Below, piece by piece: positions 1 through 9,091 of a stretch of 64,000 nucleotides of DNA (positions within the stretch are counted from its first letter, which is position 1; the number at the start of each line of letters is the position of its first letter). The stretch is from a virus (lineage: Duplodnaviria; Caudoviricetes). The stretch spans positions 1,094 through 65,093 of the IMG/VR virus record IMGVR_UViG_3300034170_000089; one strand, 5' to 3'. A program made the position numbers and the translations under genes. Under the pieces are notes generated by a model that did not search any database, had not been told where the DNA came from, and saw only the letters and a program-made list of their open reading frames with translations.

Positions 1-1
1 G

Positions 2-142
2 CTGACGCTCGAGATCCCGATGGAGTTCACCCAGCAGCCTCCGCAGCTGCGGAACCTGGCCGTCGAGATCCCGTGCGAAGGCGAGATCGGCGGCGTGATC
101 TGCCCCTTCCCGATGTCCGTCACCTACGGCGACGGCATCTGA
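2..142 (+). CDS. Major capsid protein, C-terminal fragment (DUF2184-type, HK97 fold)
   Basis: Frame 2 reads LTLEIPMEFTQQPPQLRNLAVEIPCEGEIGGVICPFPMSVTYGDGI-stop, typical of the end of DUF2184 capsids; followed by head-tail joining genes. Confidence 0.8.
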   Translation: MTLEIPMEFTQQPPQLRNLAVEIPCEGEIGGVICPFPMSVTYGDGI

Positions 143-187
143 CCGAGGTCGCCGGACAGTTACGACCGGCGCGAAGCTAGACAGCAC

Positions 188-229
188 CAGCGAGGCCGCT
201 CCACTCAACTCAAGGGGGCGGCCTCGCTG
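188..229 (+). terminator. Strong stem-loop downstream of the capsid gene (attenuator or mRNA stabiliser)
   Basis: Perfect 12-bp inverted repeat CAGCGAGGCCGC (188-199) / GCGGCCTCGCTG (218-229); no U-tract. Confidence 0.5.
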
Positions 230-251
230 AACAACGAAGGAGGATAAAACC

Positions 252-668
252 ATGGCAGATCGTCGCGTCATCCTCGTCGAGAACACCGAGGACCGAGTTC
301 ACTGCGTCGCAGACCTGCAACTCCGCACCTCTCCCGCGATCAAGGCCACCTTCGGCGCCCCGCAGCCCCCGAACGACGCTCTTCTCCCGGGCGTGAACGA
401 GGTCTACGAGGACGAGTGGGTCAAGGCCGAGAAGATCCCGATCGTGAAGGGCTACATCGAGACCGGCGTGTTCAAGGTCCGGCGGCAGGCCTCCGACATC
501 ACCTCGCTCTCCCCGAAGGACGCGGTCGAGATCGTGAAGGCCACCGTCGATGAGGGTCTCCTCTCCAAGTGGTTCGAGACCGAGAAGCGGAAGCAGGTGC
601 TCGAGGCGATCGACGCCCAGCTCGACGCGATCAAGGTCCCCGAGCAGGACAAGGCCACGTCCAAGTAG
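252..668 (+). CDS. Hypothetical protein following the capsid gene
   Basis: Strong RBS (AAGGAGG) and phage-like codon use; position after capsid gene. Confidence 0.75.
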   Translation: MADRRVILVENTEDRVHCVADLQLRTSPAIKATFGAPQPPNDALLPGVNEVYEDEWVKAEKIPIVKGYIETGVFKVRRQASDITSLSPKDAVEIVKATVDEGLLSKWFETEKRKQVLEAIDAQLDAIKVPEQDKATSK

Positions 669-686
669 CACGCGGCCGGAGGCTCC

Positions 687-1025
687 ATGGCGGCGGCAGT
701 CAGCGACGTTCGGCGGATCGCTTCGGACTTCGATTCGCTCTCCGATAACGTCGTCCAGGGCTACTTGGACGACGCAGCGGGGGAACTGAACGAGGCGGTC
801 TGGGGTGACCTATTCCCCCGGGCCGTTGCGCTGCTCGCCTGCCATGAGCTCGCCGCGGCCCGCCCAGACCTCTACCGCGGCAACGCGATCCAGAGCGTGA
901 GGGTGGGAGAGGTCTCCACCGCCTTCGCGACGCCGCCGATCTCGGGTCGGATGGCCACGTCGAGATTCGGCCTCACCTACCAGCGGCTGCTCGACCGCCT
1001 CGGTCTCACGCCAGAGGTGGCTTGA
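687..1025 (+). CDS. Head-tail adaptor (DUF4054-like)
   Basis: LLACHEL, SVRVGEVSTAF and TSRFGLTYQRL motifs; synteny. Confidence 0.75.
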   Translation: MAAAVSDVRRIASDFDSLSDNVVQGYLDDAAGELNEAVWGDLFPRAVALLACHELAAARPDLYRGNAIQSVRVGEVSTAFATPPISGRMATSRFGLTYQRLLDRLGLTPEVA

Positions 1026-1606
1026 TGGCCGGCCCTCCAGTCCAGGACGTCGATCACGGCTGGGAGGATCTCAAGCAGGTGCTGGAGAACCTCAAGAGCG
1101 GAGAAGCCTACGTGAAGGTCGGCATCCTCGGCGACGAGGCGGCCAAGGTCGCTCCAGAGCACCAGCACGGAGCGGCCGGAGCAGCGGCGGCCGAGCCACT
1201 CACGAACGTGAAGCTCGCGCTGATCCATGAGTTCGGCGCGCCGGAGGCAGGCATCCCCGAGCGCTCGTTCATCCGCGTCCCCTTCGACCTGGGGCAGTCG
1301 GCCAACACGGCGAAGCTCTCGAAGCTGGTGAAGAGCGTCTACGGCGGCAAGCTCACCATCCGGAAGGCACTGGAGGTGATGGGCTTCGCGGTGAAGTGGG
1401 ACATCAAGAACTTCGTGATCCGCGGCCAGGTTACTCCACCGGACTCGGAAGCGACCATCCGGAAGAAGACCGAGAAGGGCGCGTGGAACAAGGCGTCTAA
1501 GGGAAGCCCCGTCACCCTGATCGACACGAAGGTGATGGTCAACACCGTGGACTTCGCCGTCGTTCTGTCGAGGACCAACCAGTCCAACGCGGACGGTGAA
1601 GCGTGA
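1025..1606 (+). CDS. Neck / virion morphogenesis protein (HK97 gp10-like)
   Basis: VKVGIL, IHEFGAP, IPERSFIR, TLIDT motifs; synteny. Confidence 0.75.
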   Translation: MAGPPVQDVDHGWEDLKQVLENLKSGEAYVKVGILGDEAAKVAPEHQHGAAGAAAAEPLTNVKLALIHEFGAPEAGIPERSFIRVPFDLGQSANTAKLSKLVKSVYGGKLTIRKALEVMGFAVKWDIKNFVIRGQVTPPDSEATIRKKTEKGAWNKASKGSPVTLIDTKVMVNTVDFAVVLSRTNQSNADGEA

Positions 1607-1983
1607 ACGTCTCCGTCGCGATCGGGCGGCTCGGCGCCCAGGCGTACTCGGTGACTCGGTTCGATCCCGGGTACTACCAGGATGGAAGGTTCATCCAGGG
1701 CCCCAAGACCACCCTCACCATCCAGGCGCTGATCCAGCCGGCCGGCTCGCACGACGTGATGCGCCTGCCCGAGGGTGTGCGCGACCGGAAGACGATCGCG
1801 ATCTTCACGGCCACGCCGCTGCAGCACGCGAGGGCGAACGATGCGACCTCGGACCGGATCGCCTTCAACGGGGAGACCTTCGAGGTGTCCTCCATCGACG
1901 AGTGGGACGACATCGGCGGCTACAACAAGGTCCTCGCGAGCAAGGTCCAGGATCTCTCGGACGGATCGCCTTCGCTGGAGTGA
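1603..1983 (+). CDS. Head-closure protein
   Basis: IQALIQP...LPEGVR...DRIAFNGETFEV pattern; GTGA overlap. Confidence 0.7.
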   Translation: MNVSVAIGRLGAQAYSVTRFDPGYYQDGRFIQGPKTTLTIQALIQPAGSHDVMRLPEGVRDRKTIAIFTATPLQHARANDATSDRIAFNGETFEVSSIDEWDDIGGYNKVLASKVQDLSDGSPSLE

Positions 1984-1989
1984 GCGCCG

Positions 1990-2514
1990 ATGACCTTTTC
2001 CTGGCCGGCCGCGGAAGACGCCTTGATCGCCTGGCTCGAGGTGGCCGTTGGCGGCGGCAAGGCCATCTGGGCGGACCAGGGCGGCTCCCAGCCGCTCATG
2101 CCCTATGCGACCGCCAAGATCATGGCCACGAAGAGCATCGCCGACAGGCCGGAGCGGATTCGCTCCTTCGAGCCCACCGCGCCGGCGGGGCTCGAGGTGC
2201 AGGAGACGATCGTCGAGCGGTCCATCGTGACGGTCACCTGCCAGGTCTTCTCGGCGGTGACCACGGGCGCCGGAACCGCGCGCGAGTACCTGCGGGAGGC
2301 GAAGAAGTCGCTCTTCCTTCCGACCCAAAGGGCAGCGCTCGCAGCGGCCGGTTTGGCCGTCGTCGATGCCGGTGATACGCAGGACTTGTCGGCGCTTCTG
2401 GAGACGACCTGGCAGTCGAGGGCGGCAATGGACGTGCGATTCAGCATCGTGGACACCGCCTCCGAGGGTACCGGGTATATCGCAGGAGCGAACCTTTCTG
2501 GGTCCGCAACGTAG
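1990..2514 (+). CDS. Tail terminator / neck protein
   Basis: IWADQ..QP..PYAT and RAAMDVRF motifs; directly upstream of the sheath gene. Confidence 0.65.
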   Translation: MTFSWPAAEDALIAWLEVAVGGGKAIWADQGGSQPLMPYATAKIMATKSIADRPERIRSFEPTAPAGLEVQETIVERSIVTVTCQVFSAVTTGAGTAREYLREAKKSLFLPTQRAALAAAGLAVVDAGDTQDLSALLETTWQSRAAMDVRFSIVDTASEGTGYIAGANLSGSAT

Positions 2515-2523
2515 GAGGACGCC

Positions 2524-4005
2524 TTGCCACTGAGTGATATCTGGACCGTCAACGTCACCACCAGCGCTCCGGGCGCTTCGGCTCCCGGCTTCGGCAAGGC
2601 GATGATCCTCGGCGCCTACGGGAAGACCTGGCCCGAGCGGACGCGCGAGTACGCCGACATCACGGCCGTCGGCCAGGACTTCCTGACCACGGATCCGGAG
2701 TACCTCGAGGCTCAGCGCCTGTTCAGCCAGACGCCTCGTCCACCCAAGGTCACAATCGGACGCGGCACGCTTCCGCCGACCCAGCGGTGGGCCATCACGC
2801 CGACTGCGGCCAATAACGCCGTCTACAGCGTCCGGGTGGGCGACAAGACCGCGTCCTTCACGTCGGACGGCTCCGCTACCGTGGCCGAGATCACCAGCGG
2901 GCTCGGTCTGGCCATCCTCGCGTTGATGCCGGCCTGGGCCACCAGCCACGCCTACGCCATAGCCGACCGGGCAGTGAACGGCGGCTTGCTCTATGAGTGC
3001 ATCACGGCAGGCACCAGCGCCGGGAGCGGAGGCCCGAGCGGCACGACGGCCAACATCACGGACGGCACCGCTCACTGGAAGTACGTCGGCGCAGCGGTGA
3101 CCGTTAGCGACCAGAGCACCTTCGCCCGCGTGACCGTGACCAACCCGGGCGCCTGGATCGCGCTCCAGGTCGCGGACGTGAACCTGCTCTCGATCGCCCA
3201 GGACCACGCGAACCCGGGGCTCTCGACCGACCTCGACGCGATCAGGCTGCAGAACGACACCTGGTATGAGCTGCTCTACCCCTGGAACTCCAGCGCGTGC
3301 GTGCTCGCCAACGCGGCCTGGGTCGAGGCGGCCGGCAAGACCTATGCGGCCCAGGTCCAGGACACGGCCGTTGCGGCGACCGTGGTGGCCGGTGCCACTG
3401 ACGTCGCCGCCGCGCTCAAGACGGCCGGATATCTGCGCACCCACGCCTGGTACCACCCGGCGACCGACGCCTTCCTCGACGCGGGGATCTGCGGGGTGTG
3501 CCTCCCCTTCAACCCGGGCACCGAGACCTGGAAGTTCAAGCGGCCGGCCGGCGTGCCGGTCGTCCAGCTCACCTCGACGCAGAAGGCGAACCTCGACGCC
3601 AAGAACTGCAACTACTACTACGACGCGGGCGGCGTGAGCATCACGGGCGAGGGCAAGGTCGCGTCCGGCGAGTGGATCGACGTGGTCCGCGGCCGTGACG
3701 CGGTCGCTGCGTCGCTCCAGGTGGCCCTGGTCAACGCCGTGTCGGACACGTCGATCGGCAAGCTGCCCTTCACGGCCGAGGGGCTCCAGGTACTCGAGGG
3801 GGCGGTCTTGACCGTCCTCCGCGGCTTCGAGAACCCGAAGGGCGCGGCGCTCTTCCAGACCGGCTCGTCGGTCGTCGTCACGCCGAAGATCGAGAACGTC
3901 TCCGCCGATGACCGCAAGAACCGCGTGGTCAACGGCATCACCTGGTCCGCGAAGTTCCAGAGCGCGATTCACTCTGGGACGCTCAGCGGCACCGTCGGAT
4001 ACTGA
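2524..4005 (+). CDS. Tail sheath protein (DUF3383 family)
   Basis: 493 aa; FSQTPRP, PGTETWKFK, GEWIDVVRGRD, KLPFT, AIH motifs; followed by tube gene. Confidence 0.9.
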   Translation: MPLSDIWTVNVTTSAPGASAPGFGKAMILGAYGKTWPERTREYADITAVGQDFLTTDPEYLEAQRLFSQTPRPPKVTIGRGTLPPTQRWAITPTAANNAVYSVRVGDKTASFTSDGSATVAEITSGLGLAILALMPAWATSHAYAIADRAVNGGLLYECITAGTSAGSGGPSGTTANITDGTAHWKYVGAAVTVSDQSTFARVTVTNPGAWIALQVADVNLLSIAQDHANPGLSTDLDAIRLQNDTWYELLYPWNSSACVLANAAWVEAAGKTYAAQVQDTAVAATVVAGATDVAAALKTAGYLRTHAWYHPATDAFLDAGICGVCLPFNPGTETWKFKRPAGVPVVQLTSTQKANLDAKNCNYYYDAGGVSITGEGKVASGEWIDVVRGRDAVAASLQVALVNAVSDTSIGKLPFTAEGLQVLEGAVLTVLRGFENPKGAALFQTGSSVVVTPKIENVSADDRKNRVVNGITWSAKFQSAIHSGTLSGTVGY

Positions 4006-4019
4006 TCCGGAGGAACCGA

Positions 4020-4454
4020 ATGAGCGGCGTTCAGAACTTCGACCCAGGACTCATCATCACGACGATCGGGGCGTACCCGGTGACCGACGGTTACGCGCCC
4101 GGAACCTTCGTGAAGGCGGCCCGCACCAAGCCGACCTTTACCCCCCAGGTCGGCTCGCAAGGAACCGTGGCCCGCGTTCGATCGCGCGACAAGACGGGCA
4201 CGATCGAGATCACGGTCATGCGGACCGCGGCGGTGAACGACTACCTGACTGCCCTGGCCGCGCGGGACGAGGACTTCGGTACCGGGATCGTTCCGATCAC
4301 CATCAGGGACCTCAACGGCAAGACGAAGGTCTTCGGCGCCGAGTGCTGGCTCCAGAAACAGGCCGACGTCGAAGAGGCCAACGAGCCGAAGGAGCGCACC
4401 TGGACCTTCGACGTCGCCTCGCTCGAGATGAACGTCGGCGGGAACGCGAGCTAG
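4020..4454 (+). CDS. Tail tube protein (DUF3277-like)
   Basis: FDP, KTGTIEIT, ITIRDLNG, ERTWTF; position after sheath. Confidence 0.85.
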   Translation: MSGVQNFDPGLIITTIGAYPVTDGYAPGTFVKAARTKPTFTPQVGSQGTVARVRSRDKTGTIEITVMRTAAVNDYLTALAARDEDFGTGIVPITIRDLNGKTKVFGAECWLQKQADVEEANEPKERTWTFDVASLEMNVGGNAS

Positions 4455-4457
4455 CCC

Positions 4458-4949
4458 ATGCCCATCGAGACCAAGACCGTCGAGATCGGCGAGTACACCT
4501 ACCAGATCCCCCAGCTCCCCGCGATGAGGGGACTCAAGATGCTCAACCGGCTCGGCAGGCTGTTTGGGCCGGCGCTGGCGGACCTGTTCGGGAGCGCGGA
4601 CGAGGTCGAGTCGATCGCGGACCTCGACGTTCGGTTCATCGGCCCAGCAGCGCGAGACGTGTTCGAGCGGCTCACCGAAGCGGAGATGGAGTCGATCACG
4701 CGGGATCTGCTCGCCGGGACGCTCGTGACGATCGGCCCGAAGACGGCGCCGGTCATGCCGATCTTCGACGACCACTTCGCAGGGAAGTACCAGGACGTCT
4801 TCCAGTTGCTCGGCGCCGCGATCAAGGGGAACTTCGGCGGTTTTTTCGAAGGCCTCGCCGCGAGGCTTGTCGGAATAGCGGCCCAACGGTCGCATACCGC
4901 GGAGTCGAGCACCTCTCCGACGTCTGGCCAGCCTACCGTCTCCTCCTGA
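4458..4949 (+). CDS. Tail assembly chaperone
   Basis: Between tube and tape measure; contains slippery site T TTT TTC. Confidence 0.8.
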   Translation: MPIETKTVEIGEYTYQIPQLPAMRGLKMLNRLGRLFGPALADLFGSADEVESIADLDVRFIGPAARDVFERLTEAEMESITRDLLAGTLVTIGPKTAPVMPIFDDHFAGKYQDVFQLLGAAIKGNFGGFFEGLAARLVGIAAQRSHTAESSTSPTSGQPTVSS

Positions 4950-5086
4950 CCGGGAAGGCAACGCTCCTGGAGCTCAACACGCTCCTGTCGATCGACGACG
5001 TAATGGACGCGCTCGACGCAATCGACGCGCACGCGGAGGCAGAGCAGGAGCTTAGGGCGATCCTGGACGCGAAGAACAGGGGTTGA
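4841..5086 (+). CDS. Tail assembly chaperone, -1 frameshift extension
   Basis: TTTTTTC at 4841-4847; the -1 frame is open to 5086 and encodes WPAYRLLLTGKATLLELNTLLSIDDVMDALDAI. Confidence 0.7.
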   Translation, partial: FFRRPRREACRNSGPTVAYRGVEHLSDVWPAYRLLLTGKATLLELNTLLSIDDVMDALDAIDAHAEAEQELRAILDAKNRG

Positions 5087-5089
5087 TCG

Positions 5090-6649
5090 ATGGTGGTTCG
5101 CGAATTATTCGCCAAGCTCGGGTTCATCGTCGACGACGCCTCGCTCGCCAAGGCGAACGGGGCGATGGGCGGCGTCAAGAAGGTACTCGGCGGCATCGCC
5201 GTAGCCTTCGCGGCCGGCGCCATCGTCAAGGGCCTCAAGCACATCGTCGACGAGACGGCCGCCGCAGCGCGCGAGTCGAGCAAGGCGGCACAGCGAGTGG
5301 GGATGAACCGCGTCGCCTACGAGGAACTGGCGCACGCGGCCGATGAGACAGGGACCCCGATCGAGTCGATGCAGACCGGGCTCAAGTTCCTGAACCGCAG
5401 CCTCTACGCGGCCTCCACCGGGAACCACCAGCTCTCCTACGCCTTCCAGAAGCTCGGGGTGGCGACGCGGGACGGCTCCGGGAAGCTGCGCAGCGCCGAT
5501 GCCGTGCTGATGGACCTGGCCGATAGCTTCAAGGGCATGCGGCAGGACGATCCGCGGAAGATCGCCCTGTCGATGCAGCTCCTCGGCCGCTCCGGCAACG
5601 AGCTCGTCCCGATGCTCTCGAAGGGGAGCGAGGGCCTCCGGGAGCTCCGGAAGGAGGCGCACGAGCTCGGCCTGGTGTTCTCCGATGAGGACGTCGCGGC
5701 GGCCAAGGCGTACGGCCTCGCGAACCGCCAGCTCGACGCGACGCTGGAGGGGCTCAAGCGGCGCATCGGGGTGGCGCTACTGCCGCTCGCCACAAAAATG
5801 AAGCTCGCGATCCTCGACTGGGTGAAGGCGAACCGGGAGATGATCAAGCAGGGCGTGATCGCGTTCGCCACTTCTTTCGCATCGGCGCTGCGCTACCTGT
5901 GGAACGCGGCGGAGCCGGTCGTCACGCTCATTCGGTCGATCGTAGGCGGGATCATCGACTTCGTGCGCAGCAGCCAGGAGGCGAAGGTAGCCGCCGTCGT
6001 GGTCGGCGGCGCGCTCTTCGTAATGTTCAACGCCCCGCTCGCTGCCGGCCTGCTCCTGCTCGGTCTCATCGAGGAGATCTGGGGCTGGGTCACCGGGAAG
6101 CGGAAGACCCTGCTCGAGGACGCCTTTGGGTCATGGTCGGACCTACAGGCCAAGTTCAAGGACAACCTGATCGTTCAGACGATCGAGGGCTGGCGCATCG
6201 CACTCGGCAACATCAGGGACACCATCAGGCAAATCAAGGCAGAGCTCGGGATCGGCGGCAGCAGCGGCGCGGAGAAGATGTCCGCGGACGCGGGGTCGAT
6301 GCGGAAGGCCTACGAGGCCGCAGGGGCGACCGGCTTCGACACGCAATGGCAGCTCGCAAAGGATCCCCGGTTCACGGAGCTCACCCGGTCCGGAGACTTC
6401 TCCGCCATCGCCAGAGAGTACGGATCTAGCGGACCGCGCGCGGTCTCGCCCATGCTGGTGGGTGGCAGTTCGGAGGCACCGATGCCTTCCGGAGGCTTCA
6501 ACTTCTCCGGCTCCATCAACGTCCCCGTGACCGTCAACGGCAGCATGAGCAAGGCGGACGGGGACCAGCTCGCGAAGACGGTTGCGTCTCACGTGAAGGA
6601 CGCGCTCTCGGCCGAGTACAGCACCGCGCACGCGGCGGTAGCCCGGTGA
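5090..6649 (+). CDS. Tape measure protein
   Basis: 519 aa, Ala/helix-rich; VVRELFAKLGF start and KLGVATRDGSGKLRSAD motif; synteny. Confidence 0.9.
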   Translation: MVVRELFAKLGFIVDDASLAKANGAMGGVKKVLGGIAVAFAAGAIVKGLKHIVDETAAAARESSKAAQRVGMNRVAYEELAHAADETGTPIESMQTGLKFLNRSLYAASTGNHQLSYAFQKLGVATRDGSGKLRSADAVLMDLADSFKGMRQDDPRKIALSMQLLGRSGNELVPMLSKGSEGLRELRKEAHELGLVFSDEDVAAAKAYGLANRQLDATLEGLKRRIGVALLPLATKMKLAILDWVKANREMIKQGVIAFATSFASALRYLWNAAEPVVTLIRSIVGGIIDFVRSSQEAKVAAVVVGGALFVMFNAPLAAGLLLLGLIEEIWGWVTGKRKTLLEDAFGSWSDLQAKFKDNLIVQTIEGWRIALGNIRDTIRQIKAELGIGGSSGAEKMSADAGSMRKAYEAAGATGFDTQWQLAKDPRFTELTRSGDFSAIAREYGSSGPRAVSPMLVGGSSEAPMPSGGFNFSGSINVPVTVNGSMSKADGDQLAKTVASHVKDALSAEYSTAHAAVAR

Positions 6650-7266
6650 GCGTCGTCATCTACTACACGCTGCCGGGCGCGAGCATGGAGTCGATCACGC
6701 TCGACGTGGCGGTGGTGGAGCAGCACTCCAGCCGAGGGGAGATCACCGACTACCCCGTGGAGACGGGGAGCGACGTCTCGGACCACAAGCGCGTGATGCC
6801 GGATCGGCTTCACCTTGAAGGCGTCGTCTCGAACACTCCGCTGCCGTCCCAGGTCGGGAGCACGCTGGAGCAGTTCCAGGCAGACATGGAGAACGGCGTC
6901 TACCTCTTCCGCGGGCCGAGCGCCTACGTGGACCTGCTCGCGATCCACCGGGCCGGGATAGCGGTGACCATCACCACGGAGCTGCGAAACTACGAGCGCA
7001 TGCAGCTCGAGAGCCTCGAGGTGCCGACGAGCGCCGAGGTCGGCGACAGCGTCCGCTTCACGGCCGACTTCAAGCAGATCGCGACCGTCGATTCCCAGAC
7101 CGTGAAAGTGACGCGGACCTTCAAGCCGCCCAAGACGTCCAAGGGCGACCAGCCAAAGAAGAAGGCCGACGCCAGCCAAGAGGCCCCCAACTCGATGTTC
7201 CGGGCATCGGACAAGGCCGCGCTGAACGGCGCCATCTCCAAGGCGTTCTCCGGGGGCGGATCGTGA
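6646..7266 (+). CDS. Baseplate / tail-tube initiator (Dit-like)
   Basis: EITDYPVETGSDVSDH motif; follows tape measure. Confidence 0.8.
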   Translation: MSVVIYYTLPGASMESITLDVAVVEQHSSRGEITDYPVETGSDVSDHKRVMPDRLHLEGVVSNTPLPSQVGSTLEQFQADMENGVYLFRGPSAYVDLLAIHRAGIAVTITTELRNYERMQLESLEVPTSAEVGDSVRFTADFKQIATVDSQTVKVTRTFKPPKTSKGDQPKKKADASQEAPNSMFRASDKAALNGAISKAFSGGGS

Positions 7267-7589
7267 GTATCTACGTCCTGCCGGCCGTCTCCGGCGTGAA
7301 GCACTACGACTTCTCGACGGATCTCGAGGGGTCCGTCTACACGTTCGAGATCTACTGGAACGAGCGGGCCGAGGCGTGGTTTCTCTCGGTCTCGGACGCC
7401 AGCGGCAACGCGATCGTGAGCGGACGGAAGGTGGTGCTCGGGGCTCCTCTCCTGGGGCGCGCCGTCCTTTCGTCGGGTCCGCCGGGCCGGCTCATCGCCG
7501 TCGATATGTCGAAAGAGGACCGCGAGCCCGGCCTGAACGACCTCGGCGACCGGGTTCAGCTCGTATACTTCGAGTCAACGGAGCCGTGA
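7263..7589 (+). CDS. Baseplate plug-type protein
   Basis: YWNERAEAWFL and NDLG..VQLVY motifs; synteny. Confidence 0.7.
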   Translation: MSIYVLPAVSGVKHYDFSTDLEGSVYTFEIYWNERAEAWFLSVSDASGNAIVSGRKVVLGAPLLGRAVLSSGPPGRLIAVDMSKEDREPGLNDLGDRVQLVYFESTEP

Positions 7590-7590
7590 G

Positions 7591-8421
7591 TTGGCCACCC
7601 TCTGGCAGCGCTACTGGTACGTCATCATCGGCTCCTTGAAGGTCGAGGGGCTGCGAGTCCAGTTCACCGCCAAGAAGAGCCTGCAGGCGGACCCCAACAC
7701 GCTCGACCTCAAGATCTACAACCTGTCGGAGACCACCCGGGCCAACATGCAGATGAAGGGCGTGCCGGTGGTGCTGGTCGCCGGCTACCTCGACAACGCC
7801 GAGGTGGTGTTCTCGGGCACGGCCAGGACCATCGACCACGTGCGCGAGCGCGCGGACTGGGTGACGCACATCCAGTGCGGAGACGGGGAGGCCAGCTACA
7901 CCGGGGCCCAGTCGAATATCTCGATGGCGGCCGGGGCGCGGGTCATTGACGTGCTGGTCCGGCTCATCCAAGACCTGCAGATCGGCGCTGGCGATGCGGT
8001 CGCGGCCCTGCGCCGCGGAGACTTCACGCTCGCCTACCCGCGCTACCAGCAGGGCTACACGGGACAGGGGAGCACGACGCGCCTGCTTGACCAGGCGCTG
8101 CGCCCCCACGGCATCCGGTGGTCGATCCAGGGCATGGCCCTGCAGCTCCTCCAGGGCACCCAGGCGACCAAGGAAACGGCGGTCCTGCTCTCGCCCTCCA
8201 CCGGGCTCATCGGCTCCCCGGACCATGGCGCCCCTGAGACGCCCGGCAAGCCGACCTACATCAAGATCAGGTCGCTCCTCCAGCCCTCCATTCGCCCGGG
8301 TCGGATCCTGTCGCTCCAGACCAGGACGTACCGGGGCGACTATCAGGCCTGGAAGGTGGACCACGAGGGCGACAGCCACGGCAGCAGCTGGACCACATCG
8401 ATCGAGGCGCTCCCGAGATGA
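7591..8421 (+). CDS. Baseplate hub protein
   Basis: KIYNLS, LVAGY, CGDG, WSIQG, TGLIGSP, LLQPSIRPG, HEGDSHG motifs. Confidence 0.8.
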   Translation: MATLWQRYWYVIIGSLKVEGLRVQFTAKKSLQADPNTLDLKIYNLSETTRANMQMKGVPVVLVAGYLDNAEVVFSGTARTIDHVRERADWVTHIQCGDGEASYTGAQSNISMAAGARVIDVLVRLIQDLQIGAGDAVAALRRGDFTLAYPRYQQGYTGQGSTTRLLDQALRPHGIRWSIQGMALQLLQGTQATKETAVLLSPSTGLIGSPDHGAPETPGKPTYIKIRSLLQPSIRPGRILSLQTRTYRGDYQAWKVDHEGDSHGSSWTTSIEALPR

Positions 8422-9041
8422 CCATCGGAACGACACCCACCCTGGCCGACGTCGCTCGAGCGGCAGCCGAGAACGCCGTCGCGGAGCTCCACGTCGCCGT
8501 CCCAGCTCGCGTCGAGCGGGTGGACCTGGCGAAGGGGATCATCGACGCGAAGCCGCTCGTGAAGGACCGTCGCTACGACAGGGATGGCCAGCCGCAGGCG
8601 ATCAGCGTGGCGGTGGTGAGCAACGTGCCGCTCGTCTTCCCCGGCGCCGGCGGGTTCCGGGTGACGTTCCCGGTGGCGGTGGGGGACACGGTGCTGCTGG
8701 TCTTCTCGGAGCGTTCCCTCGACCTCTGGCTCGTCCAGGGCGGCGAGGTAGACCCGCTCGACGACCGGCGCCACCACCTCTCCGACGCGGTCGCGATCCC
8801 TGGCCTCCGGGACTTCGGGCACGCCTGGAAGGGCATCGACACGGGCTCGATCACCATCGGCAAGGACGGGTCGGCCCAGCATCCCGCCGGCCTCGGAGAC
8901 CAGATCGCCTCCGCGCTGGAGACGCTCAAGACTGCCATCAACAGCCACACGCACCCGTCCAACGGTAGCGTCGCAACGACCGGCCACATTTCCGCATCGC
9001 TTCCGACCGTCCAGAGCTCCACCGTCACGATAACGGAGTAG
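8418..9041 (+). CDS. Central spike (Gp138 family)
   Basis: VPLVFP, VTFPVAVGD, RRHHLSDAVAIPG and C-terminal HTH metal-binding motif (NSHTHP). Confidence 0.85.
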   Translation: MTIGTTPTLADVARAAAENAVAELHVAVPARVERVDLAKGIIDAKPLVKDRRYDRDGQPQAISVAVVSNVPLVFPGAGGFRVTFPVAVGDTVLLVFSERSLDLWLVQGGEVDPLDDRRHHLSDAVAIPGLRDFGHAWKGIDTGSITIGKDGSAQHPAGLGDQIASALETLKTAINSHTHPSNGSVATTGHISASLPTVQSSTVTITE

Positions 9042-9071
9042 GTGACACGCGCCGCACGTGGAGTGTAGCAT
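9042..9071 (+). promoter_or_regulatory. Putative sigma70-type promoter for the moron lipoprotein
   Basis: GTGACA-18 nt-TAGCAT, 20 nt upstream of ATG 9092. Confidence 0.45.
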
Positions 9072-9091
9072 CCGCGCTTCGGAGGCCGTGG

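Noticed and set aside
1659-1672. GGTTCGATCCC T-loop-like strings (also near 30771)
   Set aside because: Inside protein-coding genes with no cloverleaf; no tRNA gene recognised in the window
1339-3972. 877-aa minus-strand ORF (and similar long ORFs such as 31650-33632, 39383-40858, 40477-42174, 50418-51800, 62357-63643)
   Set aside because: Antisense shadows of real genes in high-GC DNA; Arg/Gly/Pro-rich with no motifs
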